From the NCBI RefSeq assembly GCF_009914755.1, contig NC_060935.1: 64,000 nucleotides of DNA; one strand, written 5' to 3'. The notes under the pieces were generated by a model, which searched no databases, was not told the origin of the DNA, and was given only the letters and a program-made list of their open reading frames with translations. Below, one piece after another: positions 25,672-39,034 of this stretch. The position numbers and the translations under genes were made by a program. Position 1 is the first letter of the stretch, and each line of letters begins with the position of its first letter. Source of the stretch: the human T2T-CHM13v2.0 reference genome, Homo sapiens.

Positions 25672-27677
25672 CATACTAGTAGAATTTTAAAGGCTTCATG
25701 TAGGTCGTATTTGTGAGGAGCTTTGAAATATAGACTTTTATTTACTGAAGAAGGCGATTAAAAAATTTCATACCGAGGGAGAAGCATGAGCAAAATTATA
25801 GAAACATATGAATAGGCATGCCACATTTAAAAAAGAAGGCATAATAAAGCTTAGGTTTGGTGGTATAGAGTGACAATAAAGAAAAACCATGTAAATAAGA
25901 TGTTAGCATTTGCATACATTGATATGGTATATATTTACAAAAACATGTAATAGAACATCCAAGAGTTAATTCAAGGAATCACTGTCGTTTTATAACAAAT
26001 TATAATTCAAAAGCTTAGAGTTTTTACCTTATACTGGTTCATGTAATACAATAAAGGGATTAATATCCACCAATATCAATCCAAGGGTGGATATAAACAC
26101 ACATTGGCATTTGAGAAACCATAGTCACTATTTTTAATAATGGAATTTTAGGACATCTGGTAGGATTTCAGTTTGATTCATCATTTACTGTATTTGAATA
26201 AATGATCTGCAACCTTAATAAGCTTATGCCAATGCAGAAATGGAATGGCATCCCATTCTTTACAGTGAAATAGCAATTAGTAAGAACTTAAAAACTATTA
26301 GATAACTAGATTTTGTAATTAGAATTTAATAAAAGCACTGACTCAAATAGCAGATAAAAATAAAAACCTTCTGCTGGAGATTTTTCACTTGGGATTCACC
26401 TCAGCCCAGGCAAATTCAAAATATCTTTATGTTGGTCTTCCTCAATGGAAATTATATTTCTAGAAATTCTTGAAGGAGGAAATGTGAAATTAAAAGAAAG
26501 CAACCTAGTTCCAGGGAGAGTCCATAGAATTGTCTTTTTTGTGGCATGCACTATAAGCAAAATTTATGTTCATTTAAATGGAACCGTTTACATGAAGCTT
26601 TGCTTACAAGCAAACGGGAAGTATCTTATATGTATGTGATTCTGCAAAATTGAGCTGGTCAAAGTTTCCTATTAAACTCATTATTAGCTTAAAGTGTCAC
26701 CTCTACTCCTTTTCCTAGTCTGACAGATCAAATTCACCTTGAACTTCTTGTCTTTGTAGAAATAGTAGCTCTAGATAATTTTTTTTCTACTGTCAAGAAA
26801 AACCAGCCTGCCAAGACCAAATAGGATGGTGAGTAGAAGATTGAACTGTTCTTAATTAATTTTGTTTGTTTTACATTTTTTGGCTTTCCTTAGAATTCAC
26901 TGTTATACGAATATTTTTCTTTGTGACTCTGAAGATTATAAACAATATAATATCTTAAATAAAAGCAAATGAAATTTTGAAACAGATAATAAAAAATCAC
27001 TTTTCAATGAGTAGAATTATCTGTTAATGATCTCCAGTATTGTCCTTAGATATAATGATAATGATTATAATGTGCTTATTCTATTGATATAATTATCTGT
27101 TTAAAATTTCATGGATCTCTTAAGTTTTATTCTTCTTGTGTCTAAATGAATATTCACATTAAGTTGTACCTGTGTGCACACATATATCTGAGCTCATATA
27201 TTAAAGGATATTTTACATAGGCACATGCAAATATATAAGAATACACATGCATGTATTGAAATGGATATAGCATTTGTGATGTATTTATATTTTTCTGTAT
27301 CATATACATGCTCATACAAAATGTTAATATCCAACTAATTTCATCCAGTATTCATAATAATAGAAACAAATATTTTTATTCCAATATTCATGAAAATACT
27401 GGAGAAGGAATCTTAACACAAAGATGTAAGAATTGGCAGCAATGAGCATTTAGATATGGCTCAAGGTTCCAAGGTTAATATGTGACTCAAAATTTTTGTA
27501 AGGTCAAAATCTGTCTATAGGTGTATTTCCATAGCTAGAGGCAGGTATATCTTGGCAATAACAACAAAGACCTTAGTATTGGCCATCATTTGCAATTACT
27601 CTGGGAGTCACAGATGATACATCTTTATATTTTAATCATTCATCAACAATAAAGTTGTGTCCTTCGACTATTTTTAA

Positions 27678-29940
27678 TTTTTTATTTCTTTTCTTTTTAA
27701 AATTTTATTTTAGGTTTGTGGGTACATGGGCAGGTTTGTTACATGGGTAAATTGCATGTCGCTAAGGTTTGGGCTATGAATGATCCTGTTATCCAGGTAG
27801 TGAACATAGTACCTGATAAGTAGTTTTCCAGCCCTCACATCCCCCACCCCAGTAGTTCTTACTGGATATTGTTTTGTTCTTAATGTCCATGTGTACTCAA
27901 TGTTTAGCTCCCACTTATAAGTGAGAACATACAGTATTTGGTTTTTCTGTTTTATTTGCTTCCTGCATTTATTTGTTTAGGATAATGTCTTCCAGCCGCA
28001 TCCATGTTGCTGCAAAGGACATGGATTTTTCTTTTTTATGTCTGCATAGTTTTCCATGGTGTATATATGTACAACATTTTCTTTATCTAATCCACCCTTT
28101 ATGGGCATCTAGTTTGATTCCATGTTTTTGCTGTTGTGAACAGTGCTGTGATAAACATACAAATGCATGTGCCTTTTTAGTAAAACAATTTATTTTCCTT
28201 TGGTTATATACCCAGTAATGGTATTGCTAGGGTAAATGACAGTTCTATTTTAAGTTCTTTGAGACATGTCTATTTCCAAATTGCCCTCCACAGGGGCTGA
28301 AGTAATATACATTCCCACCAACAGAGTATAAGCATTCCCTTTTCTCCACAACCTTGCCAATATCTGTTTGTTGACTTTTCAGTAATACCCATTCTGACTG
28401 GGTTGACATGGTATATCGTTGTGGTTTTGATTTGTATTTCTCGAATGATTGGTGATTTGAGTATTTTTGAATATATTTGTTGGCTGTATGTGTTTCTTCT
28501 TTTCAGAAGTGTCTGTTCATGTCCTTTGCGCACTTTTTAATGGAGTTACTTGTTTTTTGCTTGTTCAGTTGTTTATGTTCCTTATAGATTCTGGATATTT
28601 AGCCTTTGTTGGATGCTTAGCTTGTGAGTATTTTCTCCCATTTTGTAGGTTGTCTATTTACTCTGTTGATAGTTTATTTTGCAGTGAAGAATCTTTAATG
28701 AGGTCCCATGCTTCAATTTTTGTTTTGTTGCAATTGCTTTTGGAGACTTTGTCATAAATTCTTTGTGAAGGCTGGTGTCCAGAGTATATTTTCCAAATTG
28801 TTTTTTTTTCCTAGGGTTTTTCTAGTTTTGGGTCTTAAATTTAAGTCTTTAATTCATCTTGCATTAATTGTTGTATATGATGAAAGGTAGGAGTCTAGTG
28901 TCATTTTTCTGCATATGGCTAACAAGTTATCCCAGGACTGTTTATTGAATAGGGAGTCCTTTCCTCATGCTTGTTACTCAAGAGTCTGTAGTTGTGCAGC
29001 TTTATTTCTGGGTTCTCTATCCAATTCCATTGGTCTATGCATTTGTTGTTTGTTTGTGTCTACCAGTACCATGCTGTTTTGATCATCTCAATAGATGCAG
29101 AAAAAGCTTTTGATAGAATTCAGCATGCACGATAAAACCCTCAACAAACTAGGCATCAGAAGAACGTACTTCAAAATAATAGGAACCATTTAGGACAGAT
29201 CCACAGCCAATATCATACTGAATGAGCAAAAGCTCAAAGCATTTCATTTAAGAATTGGAACAAGATAAGGATTCCCACTCTCACCACTCCTATTCAACGT
29301 AGTACTGGAAGTGCTAGCCAGAGCAATCAGGCAAGAGAAAGAAATAAAAGGCATCTAAATTGGAAAAAGAGAAAAATTATCTCCCTTTACTGATGATATG
29401 ATTCTATACTTAGAAAACCCCAAAGACTCTGCAAGAAACTTATAGCATTGATAAACAACTTCAGTAGTTTCAGGATACAAAATCAATGTACAAAAATTAG
29501 TAGCATTTCTATACACCAATAACATTCAAATTGAAAACCAAATCAAGAATGTAGTTTTGTTTACAAGAGCCACACACATAAAAAAATACCCGGGAATATA
29601 TCTAACCAAGGATGTGAAAGTTCTGTGCCAGAAGAACTACAAAATACTGCTTAAAGGAATCATAGCAATATAAACAAGTGGAAAAACATCCCATGCTCAT
29701 GGATTGAGGAAGCAATATTGTTAAAATGTCCCTACTGGCCAAAACAATATAAAGATTCAGTGCTATTTTGATCAAACAATGAATTTTATTTTTCAGAGAA
29801 TTAGCAAAAAAAAAAATTCTCAAGTTCATATGGAACCAAAACAGAGCCTGAATATCCAAAGCAATCCTAAGCAAAAAGAATAAAGCTCAGAGGCATCATA
29901 TTACATGACTTCAAAATATACTACAAGTCTACAGTGATCA
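27678..29940 (-). mobile_element. L1PA15/16-like LINE, 5'-truncated with a 5' inversion (27678-29080 minus, 29080-29940 plus)
   Basis: Minus-strand 3' end GGTACATGGGCAGGTTTGTTACATGGGTAAATTGC. Orientation flips at CATGCTGTTTTGATCATCTCAATAGATGCAG, and the plus arm ends CTACAAGTCTACAGTGATCA. Confidence 0.9.
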
Positions 29941-29955
29941 TTTTTAAGTATTCCA

Positions 29956-30112
29956 GCTGGGTCTGATGATGCCTGCCTGTAGTCCTAGCTAATCAGGAGG
30001 CTAAGACTGGAGGAACTCTAGTGTACAATGATCATGCCTGTGAATAGTGCCTGCACTGCAAAACTCCATCTTGGACAACACAGTGAGAGCCCTTCTTCAG
30101 AAAAAAATTAAA
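29956..30112 (+). mobile_element. Fossil Alu monomer (FAM-like, 7SL-derived)
   Basis: GCCTGTAGTCCTAGCTA...TGATCATGCCTGTGAATAG (7SL-retained segment), then an A tail. Confidence 0.7.
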
Positions 30113-30683
30113 GAAAAAACAACTGTTCATAGACATAAAGTACAGGGAAAATAGTTTTTAAAATGTTATTTCTGTTTCTGTATATGTGGTTTTTTTTTAA
30201 ACTTTTCCCTAACTTGATGCTCATTGTGTGATTTTTACCTGGAAATTTTTCTCAATCTGCCTCTACCAATTGGCTGCTATTTTGATTGCTTTCATGCTAT
30301 GCAGTGTGACTACTCCCTTACCTATAGCTTTTAAAAAGCATTTTAAATATTTTTCTTGTCTATCTATAATGTTTGAACATTTATGAAGTAACCATGACAT
30401 TTCTCACTTTTCACAGGCTACAAATAGAATATCCTTTCTATACCATACATGTTGCTTAGTCCTTCAAAAATCAATGTATACATGATTTTTTCATGTAATA
30501 TTTCTCTGTGAGATCCATAGAGTTAAGTATGGCTGCTTTTGTGTGTTAACTATAAACTGCATATGCTTCTAATGTATAAGATAAAGCAAAATCTAAAACT
30601 TACATTTATTTTCTTTTTTTAAGACAGTTTCATTGAGTTTTAAGTGAAAAACTAAGCTATGTATTTTATATGTATTGTTTTAT

Positions 30684-30684
<1 letters not shown>

Positions 30685-30714
<30 letters not shown>
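30685..30714 (+). repeat. (CA)15 microsatellite
   Basis: Direct reading. Confidence 0.95.
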
Positions 30715-30716
<2 letters not shown>

Positions 30717-31278
30717 AATCCATCTCCTCAGTCAAGATGGTGAACATAGACACTATCTTCAGGTGTTTCCCTGTGATCTTTAGTAACCATTTCCTGCCCC
30801 TACACTGCCCACTCTCTACTATTCCAAGGCAAAACTTGATTACTACACGTTACCTTATAATTTCTATAATTGTATATAAATAGCATCATAGAGTATGTCC
30901 TCTTTTTTTTTTTTTTGCTTTGTTTTATTTCTATCACTGAGGACAATGATTTTGAGATCCACCATGGTGTTTTCTGTACCAATAAATAGCTCATTTCTTT
31001 GCATTGCTGAGCAGTATTCCATTAGATGAATGGCCACAATCTGTTAATTTGTTCACTTGCGATGGTCATTTGGATTGTTTACAATTTGGGGCCACTACAA
31101 ATAAAGCTGTTATAAATATTCATGTGCAAGTCTTCCAAGTCTTTGCAAGGGCATGTGCTTTTTTTTTTTTTTTAAATCTTGAGAACTATTTAAGGGTAAA
31201 AATCCCGGGATCTTAGGGTAGACATATTTGTAACTTTTAAAGACAGTAACAAACTATTTTCCAAAGTAGTTTTTTTCT

Positions 31279-31598
31279 GGCTGGGTGTGGTGGCTTATGC
31301 CTGTAATCCCAGCACTTTGGGAGACTGAGGCAGATGAATCACAAGGTCAGGAGTTTGAGACCAGCCTGGTCAACATGGTGAAACCCCATCTTTACCAAAA
31401 ATACAAAAAAAAAAAAAAAAAAAAAAAACGCCGGGTGTGGTGGCATGTGCCTGTAATTCCAGCTACGCTGGAGGCTGAGGCAGGAGAATTGTTAAATCCG
31501 GGAGGCAGAGGTTGCAGTGAGCCAAGATCGCACCACTGCATGCCAGCCTGAGTGACAGAGCAAGACTCCATCTGGAAAAACACAAATGAAAAAGAAAC
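31279..31598 (+). mobile_element. AluS (Sg-like) with an expanded central A-tract
   Basis: ATCACAAGGTCAGGAG; A24 at 31405-31428 in the linker between the arms. Confidence 0.92.
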
Positions 31599-31993
31599 AG
31601 TTTCTATTTTCCAGTTTCTATTCCCACCAGAAATCTATGAGTATGTTTGTCCCTTCACATCCTCAAAATACTGATAGCTTTTTCTTTAGTTGCTTTTTCA
31701 GCACATAGGCTAAAAGCATTTAGTTTGCTAATATTAAAATTTTGTAAAGATATTTCTGTTGTGAACTTGTAAGTTAATACCATTGTGGTCAAATAACACA
31801 CTTCATATGATTTGAATCTTTTTTAACTATATCAATAATTGTTTTATGTCCCTGAATATAGTCTATATTGATAAACGTTTTGCATGCACTTGAAATTAAT
31901 GTGTATTCTGCTGTCTGGTGGGGAGATATGCATTAATCTATAAATGTTAATTGATTAAAATTAGTTGATTATGCAGTTCAACTTTTCTATATA

Positions 31994-32220
31994 CAGACAG
32001 TCCTTACATTGCAAAGTAGTCTGGGACCATTAAAAGCACGATGCAAGCTGAAATTTCTGATATGATGAAGCCAGCCTTTATTGGCAGTGAAATGTTCTTC
32101 TTCAGTCTTCTTGTAGCTGCCATTTTCTTCAATATGGCAACTAGAACCTTTCTACCTGAATGCTAGCCAAACTGAGTAGAAGACATTTGAAGCTGCACTG
32201 AAACCAAAAATTTAGCGCAG
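31994..32220. mobile_element. Tigger/pogo-type DNA transposon relic (terminus plus transposase fragment)
   Basis: TA|CAGACAGTCCT terminus. Minus strand 32062-32091 translates to FTANKGWLHH, resembling the F-x-A-S-x-G-W motif of pogo/CENP-B DNA-binding domains. Confidence 0.55.
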
Positions 32221-33339
32221 ACTACTCATGTAATGAAGATAGTACTAGCTACATTAGATTTTCTTGTCATTTGAGTGTACCTAGAATTTTATTTTTCCTA
32301 CGAAATGAATCTTGGGTCCTCTCTCTAAACTAGCTTCATATCCCATGGTGAGGTAATCTGTTGTGATTTATATATTTATATATAGATTTATTATATAATA
32401 GATCTATTATATTTATATATAGATTAATATTTAACTTTTCCCTAGCTTATAACATTAAAATTTACTGTAATCTTTAAATGTTTCTACTAATTTCTCATAT
32501 CAATGCGATGTATATCCTGACATCTATGTCACTGAATCTGAATTTTACTAACTCCCAAAAATTATTGCCATCTATTTTTGTATTTAAGACCTCTAAATGT
32601 AATTTTTTTGCATTAAAGATATTGTATATACTATTCATACTATAATAAGGTATAGAACAAAACATTAGCTAGACAGACTTCGGGTATACATACAATACTC
32701 ACGTATTTTAGAACGTTTCAGTGGCCTCCTGGGTGTAGAGAAAGGGTTGGTTGTGGCAACAGTGTAGTGCTATTTGTTTTAGTTTTATGTAGATTTATTG
32801 AGGATTCATAAAATGCAATATACTTAGAGTCAGTATAATTACTAAAAATTGATGTTAGAAATAATCTGAAGTTTAATAATCTTATTTAAGATTTAACCTT
32901 TCTCTCCATAATTCTGTTTATTTATTTTCTTATCAAAAGTTGCAGATACAAGAAGAAAAACTGGTTTATTTCCCAGTATTTCTCTGCACAGTCTTCAAAG
33001 AAACATGGAAAAAGTGAAAATTTAAAAAAACGAAGAAATGCAAAAGTATTTCAAATGAGATATTTTTCAAACTAAATCTATGCTAAAGAGATCTTAAATA
33101 CCCGTGAAAAAAGGCAAAAGTAGTACTATAAGTCCTAAAAACACTTACTATTTTAATCATTAAGCCTTGCTATTGCATTATTGCTTAATGCATGGTAAAA
33201 TTAAATTAGTTAGGGTAATATGCTGCCAAAGGAAGAAAAGAAACAGTATTACCCTTTAATCAATATCATTATTTATACTTTTGTAGTTATAAACTCTTAA
33301 TACCCATGTCATTGTATGACCATTAAAAACTCAAAAAAT

Positions 33340-35402
33340 GGACCTTGGAGCCACGAGAGATTTCCTTTGGTGGAGAAAAGGTAAGCAGAAGATCCCCAGT
33401 AGACTACCTTTCTTCCATAGGTGCCTATAATTCTAGCTGCAGGGTAGCCCCACAGCTCTCACAGGCCCTAAGCTTACTATGGGGAGTTGTCTGGAGTCCA
33501 TGGGAGTACATTATTCTAGAGAGAGAATTCATGCTGAGTGCCTCCCATCCCCCCAGGACCCAAGTTGCTGTAGCAAAGTGCCACCTTGAGAGCAAAGCCA
33601 ACACTAGACTACATCTTTCCTTGGACCTCAATATCCCTTGCAACTTCACCTTTTGAGGCAATGCTGACGTGACCTCACATCAACCCAGAGGGCTGGAGTA
33701 TCTTACAGCAGTTAGACCCAGCAGTGCAGCCATATTCCTAGTACCCTAACCCTTGTGGCATCCCACATTCCTAGGAACAGGCAGTTTAGCAAATCAGGAA
33801 AGTTGGCCCTGGGACAAAAGGAGTTGAAGCATCTGCTCACCAAAGCATGAGTGCCTCGTGCGTGGGCCCATCACTGCCAGTGATTACTTTGTCTCCTCCA
33901 GCAGTGGGCCACTGAGGGCCCACACACCATACAGAAACTCAGGTACCAACCTGTGCAAGGTTCACTGCCACAAGGAATAGGATGGGTATATTCAATATTG
34001 AAAGAAAAAAAAAATGTCAGCCAAGAATATTATACCTAGAAAAGCTATCTTTCATAAATGAAGGAGAAATACAGTCTTTCCCAGACCTCAGCAAAAACTT
34101 GAGGAAGTTAATTACTGCTAGACTGGTCCTATAAGAAATGCTTAAGGGATCCTATATCTGAAAGAGGACAATATCTACAATTGTGAAAACACATGAAGGT
34201 AAAAAACTTAAAGGTAGAGCAGATATGTAAAAGATAAAGAAAAGAAAACAAATGTTATCATTATATAAAACTGCCAAACCACAAAAAGAATAAGAGAGGA
34301 AAAAAGGAACAAAGGATATGAAAACAATGAGAAAATAACAAAATGACAGGAGTAAGTTCGCACCTATGAATGGCAATTTTGAATCAAAATGGTTCAAATT
34401 CCCAATTAAAAGATAAAGACCGACTTAACGGATTAAAAAAAAAAGACTTAAGTCTATGCTCACTATAAGAAACTCATTTTCACAGTAAAAACACAAAGTT
34501 AAATTATGTAAAAAAAAAAAAAATACTCCTTCCAAATGGAAACTAAAAGAGAACAAGAGAGGATATACTTACATCAGATAAAATACAGACTTCAAATCAA
34601 AAGCCGTACAAAGAGTCAAAGAAGATCATTACCTAATGATAAAGGGAATAATTCAGTAAGATAATATAATGATCATAAATACATACACACCCAACACCAG
34701 AGCACCCAGATATATAAAGCAAATATTGGGGAATCTTGCTCTAGGGAAAGCAATGGATTCAAAAGAAAGAAAGCAGTATGTTGAAGAGATACCTGAACCC
34801 TCAGGTCTATTGCAGCTCTATGCACAATAGCAATGATACGAAATCAACCTGTTTATTAGCATGTGAATGCTTAAGGAAAATATGGCATAAATACACAGTA
34901 GAATGCTATTCAGCTTTGAAAAGAATGAAATCCTATAATTCATAGCAACTTGGATGAACCTGTAGGATATCATGTTAAGTGAAAAAAGTCAGGCACTGAA
35001 AAATAAATAATGCATATTCTGACTCACATGTGGGAGCTAAAAATAAGCTCAAAGAAGTAGTGAGTAGAATTAAGGTTATTAGGTGCTGAGAAGGGCAAAA
35101 AGAAGGGGAGAATAAGGAGAGGTTGGTTAATAGAAAAATACAGCTACGTAAGAGGGTAAGTTCTAGTGTTTTGTAGCCCTGCAGGATAAATATAGTTACT
35201 AGTAATTACTGTATATGTTCATAATGCTAGAAGGGAGGATTTTGCATGTTCTGAAGACAAATAAATGACAAATGTTTGAAATGATGGATATCTCAATTAC
35301 CCTGATTTGATCATTACACATTGTATACATGTATTAAAATATCACTGTAGCCCATAAATCGATGCAATTATTATGTGCTAACTAAAAATAAAAGGAGAAA
35401 AA
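33340..35402 (+). mobile_element. Internally deleted L1MA5-like element (5' UTR-like part, ORF1 end, ORF2 start, 3' UTR)
   Basis: GC-richer 5' block 33340-33970. ORF1 end CAGCCAAGAATATTATACCTAG at ~34018. ORF2 start ATGACAGGAGTAAG at ~34343. Jumps at ~34728 to the ORF2 end and a 3' UTR ending AACTAAAAATAAAAGG. Confidence 0.8.
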
Positions 35403-36489
35403 CCCTTAGAAAATGAAAATATTGATAATGATGTAATAAGTAGAAAAACAATAAAATTGATATAAACTTTATAAAACTATTTACAAACATTTTAAAATCT
35501 GTTCTCATTTTACAAGCCCAAACTCATACAGCTAGTATTGATTGGCCACTACTTGTACTGTTATTTAATTTTGCAAAATAAAACAGTCCTCAAGGATTCA
35601 AAATGGCAAGAGTCAAAAGGTTTTTTGAAAATGTAAGTTTGTATTCTCAATGGGACAATGTTCTCTGTAAAATACAAGGGTGATTGTAGGAAGAGTTATG
35701 GTGCTCATCATTCTCCACTATTTACCCATGGAGAATGCTGAAGTTATAATAAGTAGCCTCGTCAAATCCTCCCATTCAAGTCATGCCAGAGTTCAGTTCC
35801 AAAACTGCTTTTTATGTATCAACTATATCAAGTAAAGTCTGGCTTCTCAATAATTACATCACATCTGACTAAATAATACTGTTGTTATTATTCTTATCAA
35901 ATTAAGCTTCTGCTTTCTCGAAAGTCTAGGTTATAATGGTGTACTTGCCTGAGAACACAAGCAAAGGAAATCTAAAGCCTGTGTGAAAATTATTTCACTA
36001 ATTCAGACAAAGTGTTTTTCTGGATACTTACTAGATTTTTAAAATTATTTCAAAAATTTTTTATTTTTCTTCATTTATTCTTTTAATTTCTCTTTACAAT
36101 CATTAACTTCTTGAAATTTTCTTTCTCTTCTTTCTTTTTTTCTCCTTGCAGACTTTCTCCTTTGATCAAAATATGAAGAAATTAGAAATAGCAACTCTTT
36201 CGGTACAATGCTAGTTTTTCTGACATGTACAGTCTGAGTTAACAAAATATAAAGCTGTCAAATTTTATTCTGACTAATGTATTCTTAGGTCAAGTGCTGA
36301 GATATATAGCGGCATTCTCACAGGCTATTTTAGAAAGTAAAGGCCTCTGGATTTTATGTCCAGTGAGATTTAGTGTACATTAAATTTTGATAACTGCCCT
36401 CTCAATTATAGGATATGCTTAGAAATGTTAAGTTTCAAGGACACATGGTGTTTAAGAATTGCAGACCCCAAAGAAAATTTTCCAGAGGT

Positions 36490-36943
36490 CAGCACTATCC
36501 AACAGAAGTATAATGTATACCACATGCATAATTGAAAATTTTCTAAGAATCACATATAAAAAGTAAAATTCAAGAGGCAAAATTAACTTTAAACATGTTT
36601 TACTTCATGTAATATATACAAAATATTGTCATTCCATGCGATTAATATAAAACATGTATTGAAGTATTTCCTTCTTTTTTTGTACTATATTTTTCATTAG
36701 TCTTTGAAACCAGTATAGTCTTACACTTATATCACATATCAATTGATACACAGAATTTTCACTGACTAAAATAAGATATAATCTTTCCAAAACGTTACAG
36801 TTTCATTTATAAGAAAAATATTTTATTCTGCTGTACTTTATACATTTAAATTTTAAATTGATGTGTTCAAATTGTTAGTTGCACTAAGAATTTCAGGTGC
36901 TTGGTTGTTTAGGGAACACATGGCTAGTGACACAGATATAGAC
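36490..36943. mobile_element. hAT-Charlie relic (MER33/Charlie5-like)
   Basis: CAGCACTATCCAACAGAAGTATAATG...CACATGGCTAGTG termini. Confidence 0.7.
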
Positions 36944-36948
36944 GCTTT

Positions 36949-37118
36949 CAGAGCCTGTTTCATGAATGTGCAGTCCCACAAGGCTCTCCCTTTAGAAAGG
37001 TGCTCCAGCTCAGTTTAATGCTCTGCTGTATCTGTTCTGAAATTCATAATCATTTTAAATCAGATGTCTTAAATTTTTATTATACACTGGGTTCCACAAA
37101 TTATATATCCAGTCCTGT
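36949..37118 (+). mobile_element. hAT MITE (MER91-like)
   Basis: TGTGCAGTCCCACAAGG...GTTTAATGCTCTGCTG...CACTGGGTTCCACAAATTATATATCCAGTCCTG. Confidence 0.6.
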
Positions 37119-38639
37119 CCCCAGTAAGTATCTGATGACCCTGTACTTCAACCAGCAACTAAATCAAACAGTGTACTTTATAAAAAGAACATGTAATTTT
37201 TATGTGAAAACTGCTTCAAGAGGACACAGTTCAGGTTTCTGACAAACGGATCTGAGAAGCATAAATTCCAAAGAGGATACCCTATAAAGGTAGTACATAG
37301 TAGTTTTAAGGGCTTAGCATGCAAAGAAAGAATAATTATTGGAGAAGGAATTCTGCATTTAGGAAAAGAAAATGCTCAATTTTAGTTCAGTGAGAATACC
37401 ATTCTCTTTCTCGCCTCTCATCTTCTATTCTTTAAGTAACTTCTTTTAAATCAGTAATGAGCAGAGTTAGAAATATTCTATTTTTTTGTCTTCCTGAATT
37501 GCCTTTCTCTTTCTTCCTGTGGCTATTTACTTCAGTTACATTCTAAATCTTTATCTGAAATAGTTAATCTCTTCCAAAGGCATGATGCTATCTGATAAAT
37601 TTATCCTCTTAATCCTTAGGATTATTGAGAGCATTACCAAATTTTTCAACTTTTGTTATGATTTGGCTTTTGTAACAGTCTATCAGTAGTGGGTAAATGC
37701 TCCCTGGGGCAATGGAAAATAATTTTTACTTTCACATTTTGACATCTCTATCAAGGTTATTGATTCATGAGTTAATATAAATTTTTTACCTTGTGGGCTT
37801 TTACCTTATGACATCTCCAGTAATCAAAATTTCCAATGTGTAAAGCTACCACAGGAAATCTCTAATGAAAAAATAATTCAAATATATATATACACACATA
37901 CTTCATTGTCTTATATAAAATAAAAATAAAAATACATAAAAATATATAATATATATTTTTCTTTTAAAGCTTTCTTTTCCACAAAATTAGTGGAAGAAGT
38001 TAAATTATTTCTTAACTGTCATCATCACTCCTTTGTTTATAAAATAACAAATTAAGTGAGACTCAATGAACATAACAAAATATTGACTGTTCTAAAACTC
38101 AATAAATCTATTAAAATCTACGTTTGATATAAATGCATTAAACTACCTAATCATCATATATAATTGTTCCCATCTCCACATTATATTAATTTCCTGACCG
38201 ATTAAGAACTCAATTAGAAATTGTAGAATATGTTAATGGAAAGAAGTTTATATTGACATTCATTGAGCACAAACGTATATTGAGACATGAGATAGTAATG
38301 ATATAGTTTAGAATTAGTGAGTAGAGAAAAATGATAAATCCTTGATGGAACAGATTTTCTTTACAAGTTGTGACATAGAATAATAAAAAAGAAGATGAAA
38401 AGAAAAGTGAGAAAAAAACAATTTTAATAATAATGTGATTTAAACATTTTTATCTGCCATAAGTTGTTCTACATTTCTGTGTACATTGATCTTTCTCACA
38501 ACAACCTTGTGATGAACCATTGTTATTCTAATTTTATTTGGATGGCCTGCTTTAACAGTAAAAATTAAGTAACTTACTCAAATTTGCATAGATTAGAAAA
38601 TGGTAGAATTGGCACTTAAAGGAAGAAAAATTAAAATAG

Positions 38640-39034
38640 ATTACCATTACTGTTTTAGAAATCCTTGTGGCCAAATTTGTTTCAGAATTTTGAATTTTTT
38701 AGTCTTTCCTAAGGATAGTACTGTGCATATATTATATATTTGTATATGTAAAATTTATTTTTGTATCATATTTTATTATATATTTATCATATAAATATGT
38801 AATATTAGATGTTTGTATACAGTGGAATATGGTACTTTATAATTAAACACATTATTTCTGTAGCAAAATATAAATATTCTTTCTCAGTGAGAAAAATGAA
38901 TAAATTTATATTCTTTCATAATATGCTTTGTCATCAAATTAGTTTTGGAGACAAGCATAAAAGAAGTGGCTTTTTGTCTGTTTTCAGGTGCTTCTCTTAT
39001 ATTTTTAAAATGCACATAGATGATTGTGGACCCA
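38640..39034 (-). mobile_element. Tigger-family MITE (MER46C-like)
   Basis: GAAATCCTTGTGGCCAAATTTGTTTCAGAATT...GATTGTGGACC terminus. Confidence 0.55.

Larger units (their letters stand above)
30612..31990 (-). mobile_element. Old L1 (L1ME/L1M-type) fragments interrupted by (CA)n and an Alu
   Basis: TGAGATCCACCATGGTG...GGTCATTTGGATTGTTTACAATTTGGGGC...AAAGCTGTTATAAATATTCATGTGCAAG, and TGTGTATTCTGCTG near 31900. Confidence 0.7.

Noticed and set aside
26063-26094. Inverted repeat ATATCCACC...GGTGGATAT
   Set aside because: A 9-bp stem is expected by chance in 64 kb, and there is no supporting context.
29956-30112. 7SL RNA-like sequence as a possible ncRNA gene
   Set aside because: Short, diverged and A-tailed, and it lacks most of the S domain. 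It fits a fossil Alu monomer.
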